NCBI GenBank assembly: GCA_964016885.1
Contig: OZ024744.1
Span: forward strand, 72,168,001-72,232,000
Direction of reading: 5' to 3'
Length of the DNA: 64,000 bases
Origin: Eledone cirrhosa
Lineage: Eukaryota
The position numbers were made by a program, and so were the translations under genes. Below are positions 12,873 to 25,868 of this stretch, piece after piece (positions within the stretch are counted from its first letter, which is position 1; each line of letters opens with the position of its first letter). Below the pieces are notes generated by a model. That model was not told where the DNA came from, did no database searches, and saw only the letters and a program-made list of their open reading frames with translations.

Positions 12873-14972
12873 ATTTCTTTATTTGCCACAAGGGCGCACA
12901 AGAAAAGGGGACAATACAAAGATACATGCCGGGGATTTTACATACAGTCGTGTTAAAATATTATTAAAACAAACAAATTTAACAATCGAAATCCCCAATA
13001 GAGGGAGGCGTTACAAATGGATTCTTTAATACCCCGTCGATAGAACAACCTTCAACTCCAGGAGCGTATTGTGCAAGTGCTCCTTTCTTCCTTTTGCTCT
13101 CTTCTTCAATCTACAGGCTTATATACAGAGAAGATCCAATCACTCGGGCCATTTTTGCTACATTCACCCACCTTTCAGTAAATTTACTGGGGTGCAGTGC
13201 CTCTCTCTCCACTCTGATTCTCCTTCTAAAGTGGTATCTAAAGAAGGGAATGAGTTGTTGTCCGGAGAGAAAGGCATCTGTCCTCAGTCCTCTCAATCCC
13301 GTCCACCATATAACCTCTTTGACCATAGCCACTACACAGAGGAAAACCGCCTCTTTCGTTTTTGAAAGAAGTTGCCGTTTGATCCTTACTGTGGACTCGG
13401 CAGTCAACTGGATTTGTCCCATAGGCGACAGCAATTGTTCTGCATAGTTCCACAGGTCGGTTACGCATGGGCAGTGTACAATTGCTTGCAAGACGGTTTC
13501 AATGTCCTGCTCGCATCTTGGACACGTCTTCTTGGAAGGATCCCTGTCGGGGAAATCTAGTCGATACATATCGGCCAGTTGGAATTGGCCGATTAAATTT
13601 TTGAGGCTGTTGCACACCCTCTACTGGGACATGTCCCTACATAGTCCCAACGTGCGTCTAGGATATCATTCCAACATTTCAATAGGACGCGGTTTATGGG
13701 TTTTTGGCAGGGGTTTCCGACGTTCTGCGAAAATTGTCCTTTAGTTTCTAGTAGGTTTCCATCGAAACCCTTATCAGTTTTAGGTGTGGTGCAGAGTCTG
13801 ACTTGACAAAGGTTTCCCCCTCAGTTTCTTTTTTGGGGTCTTGGGAGATGACCTTCATCAGGTTTTTGTTGTTTGTGTTAATGTATGAGTATTGTTTTTT
13901 TTGTTTTTTTTTTGTTGTTCATTTTGTAGTTTTCTTTTTATGGTGGACATTTATGTTTGGGGTGGTGTTGGTGTTTGTTTTGCTGGTAGAGGGGGGTGAT
14001 TGTGGTGGTCTTTGTGTTGTTGTTTGTGTTGGTGGTTGTGTGATTGTGTTGGTGGTTGGTGTTTTTGTGGCTTTGCGGTTTCTCTTTTTTTGTTTTTTTA
14101 TTTCCGAGGCTCTCCTTCATCTTCACTTGGGGATGGAGAAGTAGCCTCGTCATCAGGGGCGTGTGGTGTTGTGTGGTGATGGTGTGTTGTGTGGTGATGG
14201 TGTGTTTGTGTGTGTGATTGGTAGTGTTGGATGGAGTGGGATGGGGTGGGACTGTGTTTTTCAGGGGAATTGTTTTTGTTTTTTCTGTTGTTTGTGGTTG
14301 AGCAGTTGTTTGTTTTTTGTATGTTTCCTTGTTTTGTGTGTTGTTGTTGTTGTGGTTTTGGTGTTGGTAAAAGTACATTTGGAGGGGGGGTCGTAAGAGG
14401 GGACTGGAGGCCTTTAAATGCGATGTGCTTGCGCATTTAAAATAATGTGGCCTCCAACCTTCTGCCGAAATGTGTATATAGTTTGTATTTTCTACTGGCA
14501 CACTTTCTGGTATCTTGGAAATTCTGTCCGGTTTCATTTGGACCAAAATTTCCAAGCTTGTGCCGTTCCAGGTGTTTCTTGTGGATTTTTGAATCGACAG
14601 TATTGTGTCTTCATCCTCCTCCAAGAACCCTGCCAGAATACACCAGATGTTAATGTTGAGTGGTATGTTTGAAATGTTTATTTTTTGTGTCCTTTTTCCC
14701 ATGTATGTAGGGAAAAAGGTGTGTGTGGCAGAGGTGACCGGGGTCACTGAGTATTTTTTCGCAAGGGCCTCACTTTTGAAGAGTACCGAAATGCTTCCAT
14801 ATAGTTTATTGATCATTTCCTTCGCATTGGAAATATCAATATTTGTAAAACTTCCTTTACTTATTGTGGCAAAAGATTGTTTATGGTTGTTGTTGTTGTT
14901 GTCATTGTTGTCGTTGCTGTTGTTGTTTTGTTGTTCTCAATTGCTTGATTTGTGGTTGTGGAGTTCATTTGT
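12873..14972 (-). mobile_element. Internally deleted Tx1-like element (ORF1 plus APE remnant fused to the ORF2 C-terminus, no RT)
   Basis: ORF1-like 14970-13938 with a degenerate knuckle (HYFKCASTSHLKASSP). 13617-13111 is homologous to both the APE (CNSLKNLIGQFQLADMYRLDFP) and the C-terminus (CPRC...MARVIGSSLYISL) of the 1-3751 copy. Same 3' end (tgtggcaaataaagaaa). GATA repeats on both sides. Confidence 0.9.
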
Positions 14973-16003
14973 GATAGATAGATAGAGAGATAGATAGCTG
15001 TGTGTGTATATGCATACATACAAGTGGTGGCGAGGAGAGAAACCGTAGAATAGTGAGAAGATAGAGAGCAGTAGAAATAGTGAAGACGGACAGGTGAGAA
15101 TATGCTGAGAGTGTGAGAAACGGAGAGAGAAAGAGAAAGATAGAGAGTGAGAGAGAGAGGGGGTGGGTGCAACTTGACGTATATAATTGTCTCTACTTTT
15201 GTCACGAGGCCAGCAATTATCCCAGTGCATTACTGGTACTTTATTTTATCGACCCCCGTAAGGATTAAAGACAAGGTTAACTTCGGCGAGATTTGAACTC
15301 AGAACGTAAAGGGCCGTAACTCTATGCTGTAGAGCATTGTATCTGACGATCTACCGATACTGCCAATTCAACGTCTTATATAATTGTGTCTACTTTTGGA
15401 ACAAGGCCAGCAATTATCCCAGTGTATTACTGGTACTTTATTGTATCGCCCCCTGTAAGGATGAAAGGCAAAGTTAACCTCGGCGGGATTAACTTTGCCT
15501 TTCATCCTTACAGGGTCGATAAAATAAAGTACCAGTAATACACTGGGATAATTGCTGGCACTGTGACAAAAGTAGAACAGTCTTATATAATACGCATCAT
15601 AATCTATTATGTATGTGCACCACTCTCTTTCGTTGAATAACATTTGTTTTTAAAAAAATCTCTTTTGTTAGCTGGAAACACTTCTTCAACGAATCATTTT
15701 GACATTTGCTAATTAATCTAAATTATTTTGATAGTTGGTTTGTATGTTAGAAGTTGGGCGGAACAATCCGACATTGGCGGCAACCCAAAGATATCAAATA
15801 AGGCATATTTTACTTGCTATTGTACGCTTTATATTGATTTATTAACGTTTAAATTTATAAGACAGGTAAAACGAAAAAATGTATGACGAAATGAGATTAT
15901 AGGCTGTTGTTGTTGTTGTTGATGATATTGTTGTCGTCGTCGTCGTTGTTGTTGTTGCTGTTGTCGTCGTTGTTGTTGTTGTTGTCGTTGCTGTTGTTGT
16001 TGC

Positions 16004-16047
<44 letters not shown>

Positions 16048-16048
16048 C

Positions 16049-16081
<33 letters not shown>

Positions 16082-16253
16082 AATGCTACTGATGCTCTTG
16101 GTGGGTGTTATTTTCAAATTATTATTGGTGTTGTTTTCTTTAACTTCAGACCATACCCTGATCTAGCAGGTTTTTAATCAAAACAATTTCAGTATTAATA
16201 GAATATTGGCTTCCTCTCATAAATATATATGTATATATATATATGTGTGTGTA

Positions 16254-16316
<63 letters not shown>

Positions 16317-17610
16317 CTTAAAGATATCTCAAATGAAATACACCAGAAAGACAGTCCGTCTGTATTTCTATTTATTTTTGCCATTCTCTTACGTAAAACC
16401 AGTGGTTTTGTGTAAGAGTCTACAATAGCAAGTGATACCAATATAAATCATAATTTCTTTCTTGACGATGTTTAGTGGAAAATATGCACACACCATGCTA
16501 AGAAACAATTGTATTTATTAATATATTCAGCTGATAATGGGATGAAATTTATTCAAAAGAAAGTTGCTTATATTTCATAACTGAAGGCGAATAAACGGCT
16601 TCCCAAGCCGAAAACCTTTATAAAAGTTGTCTATCTCTTCTATTTTCATAGCACGTGCGTAACCAATACCTAGTTATTGACGAAAATATATCATACAACC
16701 TGTTATGAATAACGATAGAACTATATAAAAAAAAATATAGCAGTCGCGAAATTTTCTCTTACATAAAGGCAATATTTCAAAAAGCAATTGCATTACCGGT
16801 ATTAATACCAACATTTGGGATCCTTGATAAGATAATCATATTGCATACAAAAATGCCTAGGTGTGTTTTGTAGTAAACTTAAGGATAAAAGTAGATGTGA
16901 GAGGACGTGTAGCCTCTTTTAATTTGTGACTGTTTCGTAATGGTTTTGTACTTCAAAAACATGAGATAAATACATAATACCTAATGAACAAAAGAGATAG
17001 CGAAACTTTTAATCTGCAAAGATGTAACCTAAAATGTAAATTACGTGACATTTACTTTGAAGTCCTTGCACACATGATCTGCAGCTGTCTAAAGATGTCA
17101 TGACAATACTATTTTTCAATGCGGCATTAGATTGTTTCTAAAACAATATACATTGCTATCGGTAGGAAATACTGCCCTGGGATAATGATAAAAAATATTT
17201 CTGGTGTTGAATACGTACATACGTAACAATATAAGAAACATTGGTGGAATATTCCCGTCAAAATGTCTACGAAATGCAAACATAGCCGGCCTAATAAATT
17301 TGTTTATGCCAGAAAAGTAAATTTATACGAAATTAAAGAGATCAGCTGTCCTAAAAATATGAACATTTCTTTCAAAATAAGTGACAAAGGTAATATGTAA
17401 GAACAACGGCTTTAAAAGGTACAATTTCTGCAATCAGATTACAAATCACATATAAACCTACAATTATTGGTACTTGTGACTGTGTTATTAAAGTTTCCCA
17501 GTGGGGCTGGTTTATGGCCTGTTGTGTAAATGTGGAGTGAAAAATTAATGCTTGAGCACAACTTGGAGATAAAAATGATGATGACGATTGTGGCGACAAT
17601 AATAGTAATA

Positions 17611-18500
17611 AGTTCTTTATTGGCCACAAGTGTGCTTAATGAAATGATATAAAGACAAATTGTAAAAAACAATAGAGAATTAGATAGAATCTAAAACAGT
17701 GATATACAAAAGAAACGAAATAAGACGTCTTGGTGTTTGGGGAGCTCCCTCGGATCTATCAATGTTCACTAGAAATCAAGAATTATCGCCACTACCAAGG
17801 ACAAATGCTCTTTTCTTGCTATCTTCTTCGTCCTACAATCACATATTACATGTCAACACATCCACCCACGTCATATCTCGGCATTCTCACCTACCTTTCA
17901 ACAAAGTCCCTAGATAACAGCCCCGTCTCCACCTTAACCAATCTCCCTCAGTGGAACTGATAGATGTTGATGAGGGTTTAGTAGAAGGAAACTTTCAGCC
18001 CTGAGTTTTGGTAATCTAGTTTATTATAACATTTATTTCACTATAGGCCTCTCTCGAAGGAAATTTATTTGGCCTACAGGACTCAATCCTCTCGAATGGT
18101 TCAGTGGATATCTAGATCTGCTTTATATGCGACACCAGCCCCTTCGGTATAACTTCACAAGTCAGCAATGTTTCTATCACTGTGCCTGTAGTGTTTATCT
18201 GGAACACCTGATCCAATTCCTCGTAGTAGTACCATGACATAAATTTCTGGAAGTTGTCCAGAGATCCCGACGAAAATACAACCGGAATTGGCTATTCAGT
18301 TGATATTCATCACCTCCCATATTACTACCACAAGAACATCACCAGGCTTGCCTGTATAAGAATGAAAGTGTGGACACACCATTGGCCACATTACTTGAGT
18401 TCTAGAGAACTGTGAAACCTTCACAATATTGTATGCACCAGGTGCATAACAATTGATAACGAAATCGATTATTGCGTCAACAAACATTTTAATGGTAATG
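17611..18500 (-). mobile_element. Old degraded Tx1-like remnant
   Basis: 3' end cttgtggccaataaagaac. Minus-strand traces GSLDNFQKFMSW (compare GPMDNFQMSLAW) and FVINCYAPGA (compare FRLVAAYAPSG). Confidence 0.7.
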
Positions 18501-18951
18501 ACGACAGAAAAATGTAACTCGCTAACTCTCGCGGCGGATTGATTTTTCATTTTGATTCTAAAGTTGCATTTCGTGGTTATTTTTTATTTTAAAAATTAAG
18601 TTGCGGTTAGTGATGGTGATTTTGGAATTTTTATTTGTTATTTCTATTTATTATAATAATTCGTATTTGTTAGTTGAAAAGTTAGACTTGACAAGTATAT
18701 AACCATTTCACCCAATCACCCGTCAAGAAACTGGTACTTTATTTATCGACGCCGAAAAAGATGAACGTCACTGTTGACTTCGGTCGGATTTGAACTCACA
18801 GTGGAGGGAGATGGTTCAAATACCGGGATTCTAATTGATTCTGCCAATTACACCATAATTTTTTACTTACTTATATGTGAACCTCTACGTAGTTATATAA
18901 ATTATTTGCACGTTTATTGCATTGATGTACACATAAAGAGAGCCTCTACGT

Positions 18952-19264
18952 GAGTGGTTCCCAACCTTTTGTGTACCATGCCCCACCTCAACCCCCCTTG
19001 ACAGCAATGATCAATTGCAATGAAAACAGCAATGATCAATTTCAAAGTGTAAACAAATTTGTATATAAGTGGTGCCAAATGCACAATAACATATGGAGGA
19101 GTTGAGACAGGAGTTTCTGACAGTAATGTGTACCAAGTTGCGTTGGTGTAAAAGTAATAAAGTAAAACCTGAGGTTTGTTCTCATTAACATCATTTTCCA
19201 ATGGCCCCCTTAAATATTCAAATTGATCCCCTGTAGGGTGTACTCCCCATGTTGGGAATCACTG
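18952..19264. mobile_element. hAT (Charlie-like) MITE
   Basis: TIRs gAGTGGTTCCCAAC / GTTGGGAATCACTG; 8-bp flanks ctctacgt / gtctccgt. Confidence 0.7.
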
Positions 19265-19780
19265 GTCTCCGTGTTTGGTCAACTGCTAGGAATAGCAATA
19301 GAATACAAATCACAGCCTAGTCTCTTAAAAAAAAAAATGACGAATACATTGGATTACACATCCCTAACTCCTAAATACTATCTAAAAACAAATAATGTTT
19401 TCTACTATAGGCACAAGGTCAGCAATTTGGGGGGAGGGGAAAGTCGATTAAATCGACCCCAGTGCGCGACTGGTACTTTATTTTAACGAACGCGTAAGGA
19501 TGAAAGGCAAAGTTAACCTCAGCGAGATTTGAACTCTAAAAAAAACAAAAAAACAACAACAAATGATAACAAAACAACGGGATTTTATGAGTTGAACGCA
19601 TTTGATCACAAATTGAAATAGAATTACTAAATATTGACAAATTATATACATTCATTTGTGTATGGGTGTTTGTGTGTCCGTGTTTAATTAATTAAATATT
19701 TAATCGTAAGAATGCATGTGCAAGTATAAATGCCTGTGTGATGTGTGTGTGTATGTGAATATATATATATATATATATAT

Positions 19781-19973
19781 AACGAAGGAAATGTGGTAAG
19801 GAACCAGGTGGACCATAACGCACCAAAGTACTCAATACTTAGGGTAGTAGAGTGGGTAATAGGAATGAGTAGGACCCCGACGGCTGAGCTCAAGCCGTTT
19901 CGACGGCTAATTCTGGTCCAGAATTAGCCGTCGAAACGGCTTGAGCTCAGCCGTCGGGGTCCTACTCGTTCCT
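19781..19973. mobile_element. Fold-back mini-element family A in (TA)n; other copies at 23749-23971, 33191-33333, 38385-38575, 40949-41110, 42290-42338, 53470-53527, 56418-56539
   Basis: Shared sequence gaattagccgtcGAAACggcttgagctcag...tattgagtactttggtgcgttatggtccacctggttccttaccacatttccttcgtt. Four copies carry an inverted partial duplicate. Confidence 0.85.
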
Positions 19974-20434
19974 ATATATATATATATACACATATATATA
20001 TGTATGTATATATATATATATATTTACAACAGTGACACATAAATAGGTACATAAGTTTCGTTGGGTTCTGGACCCTAACTCATTCAGTCTAGTGAAGTAG
20101 TACACACACTGACACACACACACACACACACACACACACGCCCCCCCCCCCCCTCTGTCCCACCACACCACCACACACACACATATACAAACACACTAAC
20201 AGACTAACACACACACACACTGAAATATAGTTTCAGACAGTTACAATCTGTCTAGCCTATGTCAGTGTGGAAAAGACAGTGGGGTCCAGAACCTAAGGAA
20301 AGTTAAGTACCACTTTATGTCACTCATGTAATTATTTATACTAAACTCGTTCTATTGGATATTTCTACCAAACGTTTACTACAGTGTATACATATATAAT
20401 ATATAGATGGGTGTTCTGTGTGTGTGTGTGAATG

Positions 20435-20468
<34 letters not shown>

Positions 20469-21072
20469 AGTGTGTCAGTGTGTCTGTGTGTGTGTCCGCG
20501 TGTGTATGTATGTGTGCGTTCATCTGTGTGCGCGTACGTGTGTGTGTGTGTAGTGTATATAATATTAAACACAAAAATAAAGTTCAGCACACATATACAG
20601 TAAAAATAATTGTTTCTACTTTTGGAACAAGGCCAGCAATTACCCCAGTACATTACTGGTACTTTATTTTACATTACTGGTACTTTATCGACCCCGTAAG
20701 GATGAAAGGCAAAGTTAACCTCGGTGGGGTTTGAACTCAGATCGTAAAGGGACGTAACTCTTTGCATCAAAGCATGGCGTCCATAATGTTAATAGCTGCT
20801 GATCATGAGAGCGAAATATTTCTGAAGTAAAATAAAAGAAAAGGTGGCCATTTTCTTTTTGTTTTTAATTTCGCACACATGTTTGACGATATTAATAAAC
20901 ACATACACACAAGCTTACACACAGATACACACATTCTTTTCTACTCTCTCTCTCTCTTTCTTTCTCTCTCAATCTCTCTCTCACTCTCACTCTCACTCTC
21001 TCTCTCTCTCGCTCTCTCTCTCTCTCTCCCATCTCCCACCAACCTAATTTCTGTTTGTTTATTTTTCTTTGT

Positions 21073-21262
<190 letters not shown>

Positions 21263-21277
21263 GTGTATATATATATG

Positions 21278-21351
<74 letters not shown>

Positions 21352-21599
21352 GTGTTTATATTTACATTAAATAAAGCTTTCTTACTCTACAACAGAACAG
21401 AGGAGCTCAGTTATGTTATAATTTGAATGGAAGAATATAGAATATATCCAGAATGTTGGGTGGGACACACTATATATATATATATGTGTGTGTGTTTATG
21501 CGTGCGCCATATGTAAGTGCGTGTGTGTGTGTGTGTGTGCGTGCGTATGTGTATATATATGTTTATATGTATATATATACTTCCACCATCGCCACCAAT

Positions 21600-22295
21600 G
21601 AATTACAATCCCCTCTCATTCCCTGGTCTACAACTAGTTATAGATACACCTGATTTATTTTAGGAAATAGAGACCCGTCAAACTAACTAAGCGAAACTTT
21701 TATGTGTCAGAAAAAAGAAATTAAATTGTATGGCGTGAAGTTTCTTCTGGACTTATACAAGTTCCACTTGAAAAGGAAGGTGAGGGTGGAGTATGAGGTG
21801 CTACCCACCCGCCAGTAAATTTTATGATGAAAGATGGTTACAACTGAGAAACATGGCCCGAGTGAATGAGTCCACTTTCTCAGCTGCCACAGTATTGCGC
21901 TTGTCAATAATATAATAATTGTTTCTACATTTGGCACAAGGCCAGTAAATTACCACAGTACATTACTGGTACTTTATTTTATCGACCCCCGTAAGGATGA
22001 AAGGCAAAGTTAACTTCGGCGGGATTTGAACTCAGAACGTAAGGGGCCATAACTCTATGCTGTAGAGCATTGTATCTGAAGATCTACCGATACTGCCAAT
22101 TCAACGTCTTATATAATTGTTTCTACCTTTTGGCACAAGGCCAACAATTAATCCAGTATATTACTGGTACTTTATTTTATCGACCCCCGTAAGGATGAAA
22201 GAAAGGCAAAGTTAACCTCAACTGGAAGAATAATAACATTGTTGCTTTACATGTCTCTTTTCTCATATTTTGACTCTATGTGGCAAATAAAGAAA
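21600..22295 (+). mobile_element. Tx1-like 3' fragment interrupted by a SINE dimer (21915-22222)
   Basis: FLLDLYKFHLKRKVRVEYEVL...ERWLQLRNMARVNES matches the ORF2 C-terminus. The 3' end tgtggcaaataaagaaa resumes at about 22278. Confidence 0.75.
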
Positions 22296-22882
22296 TGGTG
22301 AGTGTTATTGTTGGTGGTGGATTGGCAGAATCGCTAGAGCGTCGGACAAAATGTTTTGCATTTTGCATTTTGATTTCAAATCCAGCTAAATCAGATTTGT
22401 CTTTTATTCTTCCGGGATCGTTAAGATAAAATATCAGTCAAATACTGAAGTTTATTTAATCAACATTCCCCTTCCTCCAAATTTGCTGGCCTTGTGCCTA
22501 AATTATTATCCTTATTGGTAGTAGTAATGGTAAAGGAAGGGGGTGGTGGTGACAGTATCGGACACCATACTTTGCAGCATAGAGTTATGGCCCTTCGTGT
22601 TCTGAGTTTAAATCCCGCCGAGGTTAACTTTGCCTTTCATCCTTACGGCGTCGATAAAATAAAGTACCAGTAATGTACTGGGTAATTTGCTGGCCTTGTG
22701 TCAAAAATAGAAACAATTATTGATAGTGGCCCAGTAGTAGTAGTAGTAGTGTTTTTGTTGTGTTTGCAGGCATTACCACAAGGGAATGAAATATAAAATA
22801 ATGAAAAAATATAAGTAGCATATTCTATAATTTTTATTTTATTTTATTATAAATAAATGGTTTATAAAGTTTCATTGTGTTT

Positions 22883-23011
22883 TATCATCATCATCGTCAT
22901 CATCACCATCACAATCACCACCACCACCATCATTACCATCATCCTCATCATCATCATCATCATCACCACCTCCATCATAATCACCATCATCATCACCATC
23001 ATCACCACCAC

Positions 23012-23042
<31 letters not shown>

Positions 23043-23227
23043 GTCACCATCATCATCACCATCACAATCACCATCACAATCACCATCACCATCACCATCA
23101 TAATCATCACCATCATCACAATCACCATCACCATCACCATCATAATCATCACCATCATCACAATCACCATCACCATCACCATCATAATCATCACCATCAT
23201 CACAATCACCATCATCATCACCATCAT

Positions 23228-23260
<33 letters not shown>

Positions 23261-23325
23261 TATAATCATTATCATCATCACCATCACAATCACCATCATC
23301 ATTACAATCATTATCATCATCATTG

Positions 23326-23370
<45 letters not shown>

Positions 23371-23411
23371 CCATCATCACCATCATTATTTATATTACCA
23401 TTATTATTATT
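22883..23411. repeat. (CAT/CAC)n trinucleotide tract; similar tract at 11905-12190
   Basis: Direct reading. Confidence 0.95.
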
Positions 23412-23665
23412 GCATGGGGGAGAGGAATGGAAAACAGATATTGAAATAGACTAAAAATAAGAAAAACAAATTTGTACAAACATCACGTTCTAATCGTTTT
23501 ATTCCCAATATGGATATTAAGCATTAGAATACTTAATGAGAACCATGTAATATAAAGAATTTGAAGTATAGTTAAGTATTATTTCGTAAATTCCTAACAA
23601 GTTTGGGTGGACGCCAATTATGAAGTAAAACATACAAGAATGTCATATTTCTCAGTTGTTTCACA

Positions 23666-23749
<84 letters not shown>

Positions 23750-23970
23750 GGAACGCGTAGGACCCCGACGGCTGAGCTCAAGCCGTTTCGACGGCTAATT
23801 CTAGACTTAAAAAAAAAAAATTTTATTTTTTTAGTCCAGAATTAGCCGTCGAAACGGCTTGAGCTCAGCTGTCGGGGTCCTACTAGTTCCTATTACCCAC
23901 TCTACTACCCTAAGTATTGAGTACTTTGGTGCGTTATGGTCCACCTGGTTCCTTACCACATTTCCTTCGT

Positions 23971-24004
<34 letters not shown>

Positions 24005-24063
24005 TATGTGTGTGCGTGTTTGTGCACATATGAATATATATAGATATATATATATATACAAAC

Positions 24064-25362
24064 ATCATCATCATCATCATCATCTTCGTTTAACGTCCAT
24101 CTTCCACGCTAGCATGGGTTAGACGGGAGTTGTCCCGCTTGAGGCAAGGTTGGACGGGTGACCGTGTCTCACTCATATAGGACTATCTGGCAGGTTTTCT
24201 ACGGCTGGATGCCATTCCTAACACCAACCACATTTACAGTGTGGAACTGGGAATTGTTTACCGTGTTACATACACGGCCACATTACAGCGTGGAGTGTGT
24301 GTTTTTTATCGTGACACATACAGGATCTCGATCTCATTATCTCAATTAACTTTGCCTTTCATCCCTACGGGGTCGATAAAATAAAGTACCAGTAATGCAC
24401 TTGGTATTTGCTGGCCTTGTGCCAAAAGTAGAAACAATTATTTCATTTATTTGGACTGGTTGTTGTGGTACCAACTTTACAGAGAGAGGGTGGCGTTGGT
24501 GGGAGTGGGAGGATAGGGTAGGGTTAGTGGATTGGGGTGTATATTTGGTTAAGAGGTGTCTACTGACTGTAGGTTTCGCTTTGTACATAGGCAAGGCGGG
24601 TCTTCTGTATTACTGCGTGGCGCCAAAGATCTCGGTCCAGTGACATTGTCTTAGAGAGGTGCAAGTGTGTAAGGTCGGAATTTATCAGATCGTCCCAGGT
24701 TTTTCTGGGTCTACCTACTCCGAAACTACCATCAATATTGATCGCCCTGCACTTTTTAATGCAGTTGTCGTCTTTCATGCGCATCACGTGGCCATACCAA
24801 CGTAGTTTTCTTTCAAGTAAACAGCATCTGATCCCTCTTATTCCTAATTTCTCACTTAGTTCATTTATGCTTTGTCGTTCACGTATATTATTACACATCG
24901 TATATTATTACACACCCAACGGAGCATGCATGCTTCGTTCCTTTCCAGTCTGCGCAGGTCCTCTGCACGCAATGCCCATATCTCACTGCCATGTAGCATT
25001 GCTGTTCGTATGCAAGCATCATACAATCTGCCTTTCATTTTCAGAGAGAAACATTTTGTGGCCAACAGTGGTATAAGCTCTCTGAACTTTTTCCATCCCG
25101 TTCTGACTGTGGCTACTGTACTTTCAGAGCCCCCTCCACCACTGCTGATTTCGTCACCCAGGTAACGGAAAATGTCCACTATTTCTATAGAACCATCTGG
25201 GCAATGGAAGGAGCTAGTATCCTGTGGGCACTTGCTACTTATTGCTCCTGAGCACCGGCTACATATAAAGTACTTAGATAGTTTACCTGTGATCCCATGT
25301 TTTATGTACCCATAGTTTGCATTTGGGACATAAAATGGGATTACTGCCTACTCCTTTCCTAT
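24064..25362 (-). mobile_element. RTE-clade LINE 3' portion with a PHD-like Cys insert and (GAT)n tail
   Basis: GVGSNPILCPKCKLWVHK...CSRC; FRYLGD...GWKKFREL...LHGSEIW; LRWYGHVMRM...GRPRKTW. 3' end catgctagcgtggaagatggacgttaaacga(tga)n. SINE inserted at 24346-24441. Confidence 0.92.
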
Positions 25363-25467
25363 ATATATATATATATATATGTCCCAAATGCAAACTATGG
25401 GTACATAAAACATGGGATCACAGGTAAACTATCTATATATATATATATTTATATATAGATATATATA

Positions 25468-25531
<64 letters not shown>

Positions 25532-25778
25532 TGGATTTCCAAACGATAAGGTATGATTTTCTTGGGTATGTCTCTATTTATAAAACAAACTTTGTATTTT
25601 ATCTGATGAAAGCGACCCAAGGTTGTCTTGGTACCCTTGAAATATATATAATAAAATAAATATGGATTCATAAATATAGTTTCCATTTATTTAATATCAT
25701 TGTATATATATATATATATGTGTGTCTGTGTGTGCACATATATATATATATATATATATATGCGTACACACACACACA

Positions 25779-25868
<90 letters not shown>

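Noticed and set aside
22857-23449. Poly-His, poly-Ile and poly-Met ORFs
   Set aside because: Translations of a (CAT)n tract with no splice or domain support.
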